Shown here: in pieces, positions 1 to 6,020 of the stretch
Layout: each line of letters opens with the position of its first letter
How positions within the stretch are numbered: the first letter of the stretch is position 1
Assembly: GCA_016190465.1 (NCBI GenBank)
Contig: JACPQP010000183.1
Location: forward strand, 1-41,077
DNA: 41,077 nucleotides
Origin: Chloroflexota bacterium
GTDB taxonomy: Bacteria > Chloroflexota > UBA6077 > FW602-bin22 > JACPQP01
Reading direction: 5' to 3'
The notes under the pieces: generated by a model
What the model saw: the letters and a program-made list of their open reading frames with translations, nothing else
Told to the model about the DNA's origin: nothing
Database searches by the model: none
Made by a program: the position numbers and the translations under genes

Positions 1-111
1 AACCATCAAGAACGCTCTGAGCACCGTCCTGGGAAGGTCCAGGAAGGGCGGAGCCCGTCCTGGCGGGGTTTGGGGCGTCCCCAAAACCATCAAAAACTTT
101 CTGATACCTAC
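1..111 (+). repeat. Structured ~89-bp intergenic repeat: 3' tail of one copy (1-28) followed by a full copy (29-111)
   Basis: 29-111 is nearly identical over its core to 5716-5804 and 5805-5893 (gggaaggtccaggaagggcggagcccgtcctggcggggtttggggcgtccccaaaaccatc). 1-28 (aaccatcaagaacgctctgagcaccgtc) aligns to the unit tail aaccatcaaaaacttcctgatacctacc. The element ends 8 nt before GGAGGG (120-125) of the next gene. Confidence 0.7.
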
Positions 112-133
112 TTAACAGCGGAGGGTACCTGCG

Positions 134-1810
134 GTGACGGCGCTAACCGGCAAGCAAGCAGTTATGGAGACGCTGCGGGCCCACGGGGTCCAGTACGTCT
201 TCGGGAACCCGGGAACGTCCGAGAGTCCGTTCCTGGACGCGCTCCAGGACTACCCGGACATCCAGTACGTCCTGGCGCTCCAGGAGTCGGTGGCGGTCGG
301 CATGGCCGACGGCTACGCGCGAGCAACCCATCGCCCCGCGTTGATCAACGTCCACGTTTCGGCCGGATTGGCTAATGCCCTGTGCCTCGTCTCCAACGCC
401 TGCCGGGGCGGAACACCTCTCGTCGTCACTGCCGGCCAGTGGGATACCCGGTTGCTCCTCGAGGAGCCGGTCCTGGGCGCCGACCTGGCCCGAATGGCCG
501 AGCAGTTCACCAAATGGAGCGCCGAAGTGCACCACACGGCCGACTTATCGACGGCGCTCCGCCGGGCGTTTCAGGTCGCGGCCGAGCCACCCTCGGGCCC
601 GGTGTTTCTCTCGCTCCCCTGGGATGTGCTCGACGCAACGACGGATGCGCCGGTCGAGTCTGCCGCTCCCGCCTACCACCGTCACCGTCCAGATGCTTCC
701 GCGGTGGAGCGAGCAGCCAGTTTCCTGGCCCACGCCCGGAGGCCGGCGATCATCGTCGGCGACCGTGTTGCTCAGTCCGATGCAACAGCCGAGGCGGTCG
801 CACTCGCCGAGTTGCTTGGCGCACCGGTCTACTCGACGACGTACTCCGGGGTGAACTTTCCCAACGCCCATCCGCAGTTTCTCGGGTCGCTCAACGTACA
901 CAGCCACGCAACTCGGGACCTTCTCGCGATGTTCGACGTCGTGCTGGGGATTGGTACGAACCTGTTCAGCCGGTTTCTCTACGCATCTGGCCGCCTTTTC
1001 GGACCGGAGACGAGGCTCGTCCACGTCGATTCACACGCCCGGGAGATCGGCAAGACCTACCGTGCCGATGTGGGGATGGTCGCGGACCCGAAGACGGCGC
1101 TCGTTGAGCTCACCGCGGCGGTAGACACCGTGCAGACCGACACTGAGCGCGACGACGCCAGCACGCGGTGCCAGCGCCTGGCCGCGCAGCGCCGGCAGAA
1201 AGACGAGGCGTTCATCCGGGAGGTGCGGGCCCACTGGGATGCGCGGCCGATCCACGCTACTCGCCTGATGGCCGAGCTACGTGACTGTCTGCCACCGCAC
1301 AGCGTCATCGTCGACGAGGCGATCAGCAACTCGGGGGTGTTACACGCAAGCCTGACCTTTCGGGAACCCGGCGACTTCTTCCGGGCCAGTGGTGGGGCGA
1401 TCAGTTGGGGGATGGGCGGAGCGCTCGGAGTTCAGCTTGCACTGCCCGACCGTCCGGTCGTTGCGGTTATCGGAGACGGGTCCGCGATGTACTGCAACCA
1501 GGCACTCTGGACTGCTGCTCACTACCGGCTTCCGGTCAAGTATATCATCCTGAGCAACCGGGCCTACCGCGTGCTCAAGATCAACCTGGTGCACTACCGG
1601 GGGGAGGCGGCCGGTCGCAGCAAGTTCATCGGGATGGATCTGTGCGACCCCGACCTCGATTTTGCGAGGCTCGCCGCCTCCTTCGATCTTCCGGCGTGGC
1701 GTCTCGATCAGCCGGATGCGATCCGCCCGACGCTCGAGCGCGCCTTTGCGACGCCAGGACCAGCCCTCATCGACGCGCGCATCGACGGGTCGTACAACGG
1801 CTTTTTCTGA
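134..1810 (+). CDS. Thiamine-diphosphate-dependent enzyme, benzoylformate decarboxylase / acetolactate-synthase-large-subunit-like
   Basis: 558-aa ORF with a GTG start 8 nt after GGAGGG. N-terminal block GVQYVFGNPGTSESPFLDAL...LALQESVAVGMADGYARA...TAGQ is typical of ThDP enzymes. C-terminal ThDP/Mg motif IGDGSAMYCNQALWTAAHYRLPVKYIILSNRAY. Confidence 0.85.
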   Translation: MTALTGKQAVMETLRAHGVQYVFGNPGTSESPFLDALQDYPDIQYVLALQESVAVGMADGYARATHRPALINVHVSAGLANALCLVSNACRGGTPLVVTAGQWDTRLLLEEPVLGADLARMAEQFTKWSAEVHHTADLSTALRRAFQVAAEPPSGPVFLSLPWDVLDATTDAPVESAAPAYHRHRPDASAVERAASFLAHARRPAIIVGDRVAQSDATAEAVALAELLGAPVYSTTYSGVNFPNAHPQFLGSLNVHSHATRDLLAMFDVVLGIGTNLFSRFLYASGRLFGPETRLVHVDSHAREIGKTYRADVGMVADPKTALVELTAAVDTVQTDTERDDASTRCQRLAAQRRQKDEAFIREVRAHWDARPIHATRLMAELRDCLPPHSVIVDEAISNSGVLHASLTFREPGDFFRASGGAISWGMGGALGVQLALPDRPVVAVIGDGSAMYCNQALWTAAHYRLPVKYIILSNRAYRVLKINLVHYRGEAAGRSKFIGMDLCDPDLDFARLAASFDLPAWRLDQPDAIRPTLERAFATPGPALIDARIDGSYNGFF

Positions 1811-1926
1811 ATCGGGAAGATGTGAAGCCCGAGACGTTTCGACGTACGTCCTGGCAGCGCCGACCATCCGGGTGTCCGTTGTCGGTTCCGGGTCGGATCG
1901 GGAATCACCGGCGGAGGGACAACCAC

Positions 1927-4158
1927 ATGTACGCACACGAGACAGACGCGGTGATTGGCCGGGCGCCGAAACAGGTGCACTCCTCCGACTTGCTGGAGCT
2001 TCGTCTGTCGTCCCTGGACCTTGCGCTCGCGGGGACCTTCGCGCTGGCGGTCCTGGTGATGGTGGTGCCGGACCCGTTTCTGGTGGGAGATATCGCGCCG
2101 ACGGGGAATGTCACGCTCTGCCTGCTGGCCAGCGTGCTGATCTCACTGGCCTTCCGGGGACGCTGGGTCACCGTCGCCTCGATCGTGCTCGTCACCAGCC
2201 TGGGTGGGAGCCTCGTCCTCGCGTTGCGCCTGTTCTCCCCCGACGCCACCGTCCCCTGGTTCGCCTTGCTGGTGCTCGTGGGTACCACACTACTGGGCAA
2301 GCGTGGCGGGATCGCCGTCGCCGTTGCTTCCAGCGCATTTCTCGCGTTCGGCTTGCCGGCCCTGTCCATCGCCATCACCGACCAGGCCGTCCGAAGCGCT
2401 CAGGCGATGGTCTGGACGGCGGTAGCCCTTTCCTGGCTCATCACGCACCCGCTGTACACCGCTCTGGACTGGTCGTGGAGTAGCTACCAGCAGGCGCTGG
2501 CGAAGACCCGGGAGGCCGAACACCACCGGGGCGATCTGGTGCGGGCGCTCAAGGGACTGAATGAGGCGTACCATCGTCTCGGGATCGTCAACCGGGAACT
2601 CGCCCGGGCCAGACAGGCGGCAGACGAGGCGCGCAAGCTCAAGGCTCGCTTCGCCGCCTTTGTCAGCCACGAGCTCCGCCTGCCCCTCAACATCATCACC
2701 GGTTTCAGCGAGATGATGGTGATGTCGCCCGGTTCCTACGATGGTCAGACCCTCCCACCGACCTATCGGTCAGACGTCGAGGCGATCTACCGTGCCGCCT
2801 ATCATCTGTCCAGCCTGATCGACGACGTGCTGGATCTGAGCGAGATCGAGGCCCACCAGATGGGCCTCCAGAAGGAGTGGACCTCGCTGGCCGAGGTCGT
2901 CGACGAGGCCGGCGCCGCGGTGAGTGGCCTGTTCCAGAACAAGGGACTCGCGTTGGCGGTCGACGTGCCACCGGACCTGCCGGCGATCTACGCCGATCGC
3001 ACGCGCATCCGGCAGGTCGTGATGAACCTGCTCAGAAACGCGGCGCGCTTCACCGACGCCGGTGGAGCGCAGCTCTCCGCGACAGTGCGCGACAGGGACG
3101 TCGTGGTCGACGTCGCCGACACCGGAATCGGGATCGCGCCGGGCGATCTGCCGCACGTCTTCGAAGAGTTTCGTCAGTTGGAGGCGGCCGGCCAGCGCCG
3201 CGCCGGGGGAAGCGGCCTGGGCCTGACGATCAGCAAGCAGTTCGTCGAGATGCACGGTGGCAATATGTGGGTGGAGAGCCGTTTCGGCAAGGGGACCACC
3301 TTTCGCTTCAGTCTGCCGGTCTCCGACAACGTGGCTGCCAGCGCCATTCGGGATCCGTGGGACACGTGGGCCGATGCGATCCCCCACCCTACCCAGGGGG
3401 ACGATGCGGTGGTTGCCGTGCTGGGCCAGGATCAACAGGTCCTCAGGCTACTGCAACGGTACCTCGAGGGCTATCGTCTCATCCCGGCCGCCCACGCCGA
3501 GGCGTTGCGACAGATTGCGGACGAACACGTTGTCCAGGCGGTGATCGTGACCGAGACTGACGGACAGCACGATCGGAAAGCGGTCTCGGAGGTGTTGTCG
3601 CGAGGGCCGGCAGTCCCGGTGATCATGTGCTCGGTTCACCTGAAACGCCCGGAGGCTGCCCGCGGTCTCGGCGTCGCGGAGTACCTCGTCAAGCCAGTCG
3701 AGCGCGAGCGTCTGGGCAGCGCGCTGGCTGCCCTGGGCGAGATCAATCGTGTGGTCGTCGTCGACGACGATCCGGAGATGGCCCGGCTGCTGGCGGTGAT
3801 GGTGCGGTCGCTGGCGCCCCACCGCCGGGTGTGGTTCGCACTCGACGGCGAGGAGGCCCTGGACTTGATCGAGACACACCGTCCCCAGGCGGTGCTGCTC
3901 GATCTCCTTATGCCGGGGATGGATGGCTACGAGGTGCTGCGCAGGCTGCGATCCAGCCCGGACTTGCGCCCCATCCCCGTGATCGTCGTGACGGCCGGCA
4001 CGGCCATCGGCGAGAGCGTGACCGCCGAGATCAGCACGATCACCCGCGAGGGGGGTCTTGCGGTGCCCGAGCTTATCCACTGTTTGCGGAGCGCGCTCGA
4101 CTCGCTGCTCTCATCGCCCGACACTCGTCGAGGACCGCCAGGAGCGCACGCTGCGTGA
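1927..4158 (+). CDS. Hybrid sensor histidine kinase (multi-TM sensor, DHp/HATPase, pseudo-receiver, receiver)
   Basis: The ORF is open from 1405, but that extension overlaps the upstream gene. ATG 1927 follows GGAGGG (1913-1918) by 8 nt. Hydrophobic N-terminal third. H-box FAAFVSHELRLPLN, N-box VVMNLLRNAARF, G-boxes DTGIGI and GGSGLGLTISKQFVEMHGG. Then a receiver-like segment lacking the acceptor Asp context, followed by a canonical receiver (VVVVDDDPEMARLL...LLDLLMPGMDGYEVLRRLR...PVIVVTA). Confidence 0.85.
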   Translation: MYAHETDAVIGRAPKQVHSSDLLELRLSSLDLALAGTFALAVLVMVVPDPFLVGDIAPTGNVTLCLLASVLISLAFRGRWVTVASIVLVTSLGGSLVLALRLFSPDATVPWFALLVLVGTTLLGKRGGIAVAVASSAFLAFGLPALSIAITDQAVRSAQAMVWTAVALSWLITHPLYTALDWSWSSYQQALAKTREAEHHRGDLVRALKGLNEAYHRLGIVNRELARARQAADEARKLKARFAAFVSHELRLPLNIITGFSEMMVMSPGSYDGQTLPPTYRSDVEAIYRAAYHLSSLIDDVLDLSEIEAHQMGLQKEWTSLAEVVDEAGAAVSGLFQNKGLALAVDVPPDLPAIYADRTRIRQVVMNLLRNAARFTDAGGAQLSATVRDRDVVVDVADTGIGIAPGDLPHVFEEFRQLEAAGQRRAGGSGLGLTISKQFVEMHGGNMWVESRFGKGTTFRFSLPVSDNVAASAIRDPWDTWADAIPHPTQGDDAVVAVLGQDQQVLRLLQRYLEGYRLIPAAHAEALRQIADEHVVQAVIVTETDGQHDRKAVSEVLSRGPAVPVIMCSVHLKRPEAARGLGVAEYLVKPVERERLGSALAALGEINRVVVVDDDPEMARLLAVMVRSLAPHRRVWFALDGEEALDLIETHRPQAVLLDLLMPGMDGYEVLRRLRSSPDLRPIPVIVVTAGTAIGESVTAEISTITREGGLAVPELIHCLRSALDSLLSSPDTRRGPPGAHAA

Positions 4159-5362
4159 CCGGCTTGGACAGGAAGCGGGTCGCGCCGAGCGACTGAGCCA
4201 GCGTTCGGTCGTTGAGCACCGAGCAGATCACGATCGGCACCTCCCTCATCTGATCCAGACGCCGCAGGTGCTGAAGGATCTGCCAGCCGTCCTGCGAGGG
4301 CATGAGCACGTCGAGGATGACGATCTGGGGACGACCCTCGCACGCCAGTTGCCGAGCTTGCTCGGCGTTGTGGGCCGGCAGAACCTCGTAGGGATGTCCG
4401 CGCAGGTACCGCTGGAGAAGCTGGACGAAGTCGTGGCTGTCGTCGATGATCAGCACGCTCGCCTGCTCTACTGCCGGCAGTCTGAGGAGCACCGTGGTGG
4501 CCACCGCGAGCGTTGGCTGCCAGGCGAGTTCCAGGGATCCGCCGTGTAGCTCCAGCAAGCGTTCGCCGACGGTCAGTCGAGTGTCCTCCCCCCCTCCCGC
4601 CCCATCACGGCCACCGGCCGGTCTCCCGAGGTTGCCAAGCCGGGCAACCAGGCAGAGCTGGATGGACCCGGTCGCGGGAGCTGCCCCCAGGTCGATGGAG
4701 CCCCCGGCGCAGTTCTCCAGCACGTAGCTCAAGACGCTCAGCAAGGCGTGGCGCAGGGCATCGGCGCTCATCGCGACCGGCGGGAGATCGGGCTCCAGGG
4801 AGACCTGGACCTGCACCTGCCGGACAGCAGCCAGATCGGCCACCGTGCCCAGCGCGGCGCTGAGGACCATCGCCAGGTTGGCCGGACCGTGGCCAGCGGC
4901 CTGCTCCAGCTTCCGGAGCTCGACCTCCAGCGGGCTTCCGGTGGCCTCTCCCATCACCTTCTGGCCGCTCGCGACCGCGTCGCCGCCGCGCGCGCTCGAC
5001 TGGGCCTGTCGTCGCTGCCAGAGGAGGCTGCTCAGCCTTTCCACAGCCTCGTGATGGTCGCGGTGGCCCTGCCGGTGGCTGATGTTCAGCCGCTGGGTGG
5101 CCTGCTCGTGAGTCAGCCCCTCGACATACCGCAGGAAAAGGCAGCGATAGCGGCGCCATTCCGGCTGAGCGATCTGGCCACCAATCTGCGGCTTCATCTC
5201 CTCGATGGTGTCGAGCAGCAGCCGCTGCAAGCGGGCTCCTTCCTGACCGTCGAGGGGTCCGCTCAGCAGCAGCCTGGCCAGGGGATGGGCCTGGAGATAG
5301 GCGCGATCGTGGAACCGGATCAGGGCGTCACGGACCTGCTCACTGAAGGCTCGCTGCTCCAT
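4073..5362 (-). CDS. Atypical regulator: sigma70-region-4-like HTH, degenerate HATPase_c-like domain, C-terminal receiver
   Basis: HTH-like block RRYRCLFLRYVEGLTHEQATQRLNISHRQGHRDHHEAVERL. HATPase-like N-box LRHALLSVLSYVLEN and ...ERLLELHGGSLEL...TTVLLRLP, with no recognisable H-box. Receiver VLIIDDSHDFVQLL...IVILDVLMPSQDGWQILQHLR...PIVICS...FLSKP. The ORF track starts at GTG 5371; I prefer ATG 5362 because a TAGAAT -10 lies at 5372-5377. Confidence 0.75.
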   Translation of the reverse strand: MEQRAFSEQVRDALIRFHDRAYLQAHPLARLLLSGPLDGQEGARLQRLLLDTIEEMKPQIGGQIAQPEWRRYRCLFLRYVEGLTHEQATQRLNISHRQGHRDHHEAVERLSSLLWQRRQAQSSARGGDAVASGQKVMGEATGSPLEVELRKLEQAAGHGPANLAMVLSAALGTVADLAAVRQVQVQVSLEPDLPPVAMSADALRHALLSVLSYVLENCAGGSIDLGAAPATGSIQLCLVARLGNLGRPAGGRDGAGGGEDTRLTVGERLLELHGGSLELAWQPTLAVATTVLLRLPAVEQASVLIIDDSHDFVQLLQRYLRGHPYEVLPAHNAEQARQLACEGRPQIVILDVLMPSQDGWQILQHLRRLDQMREVPIVICSVLNDRTLAQSLGATRFLSKPVTQRALLAVLDECRAMRAASRARSANSG

Positions 5363-5371
5363 AGCGAACAC

Positions 5372-5401
5372 ATTCTATCCCGCCCGCGCCCGGTGGGACA
5401 A
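5372..5401 (-). promoter_or_regulatory. Candidate sigma70-type promoter giving a (near) leaderless mRNA for the 4073-5362 gene
   Basis: On the minus strand: TTGTCC (5396-5401), 18-nt spacer, TAGAAT (5372-5377). ATG 5362 begins 9 nt after the -10 hexamer and has no convincing SD. Confidence 0.35.
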
Positions 5402-5402
5402 G

Positions 5403-5564
5403 AGTGGAGCGTGGGGCGTGGAGCGACGGGGCGACGCGGCGAAGCCGGCTCCGTCGCTCCACGCCCCGTCGCTCCACGCCCCGTGCATGCGCGCGGCCCG
5501 ACGGCGTCGTCAATCGCCACCGCGGGGAAGGCATCCCACGCCCCGTGCATGCGCGCGGCCCGAC
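5403..5564. repeat. Cluster of direct and inverted GC-rich repeats in the divergent intergenic region
   Basis: The 15-mer ccgtcgctccacgcc is tandem at 5451-5465 and 5466-5480, with an inverted copy ggcgtggagcgacgg at 5415-5429. The 29-mer ccacgccccgtgcatgcgcgcggcccgac is repeated exactly at 5474-5502 and 5536-5564. Confidence 0.75.
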
Positions 5565-5662
5565 CGCACTGGGTGGGCAGTCTGGACAGCGATGAGGGCG
5601 AATCCCACGTCCCGGTGGCACTGCCGCGGCACCCCGCTGGCACCATCGTGGCCCGTAACCGG

Positions 5663-5691
5663 TTTACGCGCTCCCCGATGACCTCTACAGT
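5663..5691 (+). promoter_or_regulatory. Candidate sigma70-type promoter for the GH2 transcription unit
   Basis: TTTACG (5663-5668), 17-nt spacer, TACAGT (5686-5691). The upstream neighbour is divergent, so a + strand promoter is required somewhere in this region. Confidence 0.45.
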
Positions 5692-5711
5692 AGGTCTCGG
5701 AAAGTTCACCT

Positions 5712-5893
5712 GCGTCCCGGGAAGGTCCAGGAAGGGCGGAGCCCGTCCTGGCGGGGTTTGGGGTGTCCCCAAAACCATCGTCAGCTTCCTGATACCTACC
5801 GTGTCTCGGGAAGGTTCAGGAAGGGCGGAGCCCGTCCTGGCGGGGTTTGGGGTGTCCCCAAAACCATCAAAAACTTCCTGATACCTACTACAG
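5712..5893 (+). repeat. Two tandem copies (period 89 bp) of the structured two-hairpin repeat
   Basis: gggaaggtccagg at 5719 and gggaaggttcagg at 5808. Each copy contains hairpin 1, ccagga-a-gggc-gga-gccc-g-tcctgg (for example 5727-5751), and hairpin 2, ggggtttgggg-ygt-ccccaaaacc (for example 5753-5776). An 89-bp period is not a multiple of 3, so the two copies are read in different frames. Confidence 0.8.
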
Positions 5894-5913
5894 TAGCGGC
5901 ATCGGGCGAGGGT

Positions 5914-5958
5914 TTGGACCACGAAAGCCACGAAAGCGACGAAAGCTTCGTGGTCCAA
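5914..5958 (+). other. 12-bp perfect hairpin whose loop is part of a 3 x 9-bp tandem repeat
   Basis: ttggaccacgaa (5914-5925) pairs with ttcgtggtccaa (5947-5958). Tandem units cacgaaagc, cacgaaagc and gacgaaagc span 5920-5946. Confidence 0.7.
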
Positions 5959-5968
5959 CCCTTCGACA

Positions 5969-6004
5969 GCGCGATGAGCGCGATGAGCGCGATGAGCGCG
6001 ATGA
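5969..6004 (+). repeat. 4 x 9-bp perfect tandem repeat (gcgcgatga) abutting the SD of the GH2 gene
   Basis: Four identical units occupy 5969-6004. Each carries an ATG (5974, 5983, 5992, 6001), all in one frame that ends at TGA 6022-6024. Confidence 0.85.
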
Positions 6005-6020
6005 GAAGGAGAAGCGACCG

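Noticed and set aside
70-375. ORFs that read through the ~89-bp repeats: 70-375, 5758-6024, the 5847 start of the 1025-aa ORF, and the 9049 start of the 591-aa ORF.
   Set aside because: The repeat period (89 bp) is not divisible by 3, so tandem copies are translated in different frames. The ORFs have no SD, and better-supported starts exist downstream. The conservation is at the nucleotide and structure level, not the protein level.
1405-1926. The N-terminal 174 codons of the 917-aa kinase ORF.
   Set aside because: This stretch overlaps the 3' end of the ThDP-enzyme gene in another frame and is Arg/Pro-rich. A well-spaced SD precedes ATG 1927, just before the first TM segment.
5920-6004. Possible CRISPR array, considered also for the short tandem repeats at 9293-9328, 18146-18175 and 29955-29984.
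   Set aside because: The units are only 9-15 bp and directly abut one another with no spacers. There are just 2-4 copies, and no cas genes are in the window.
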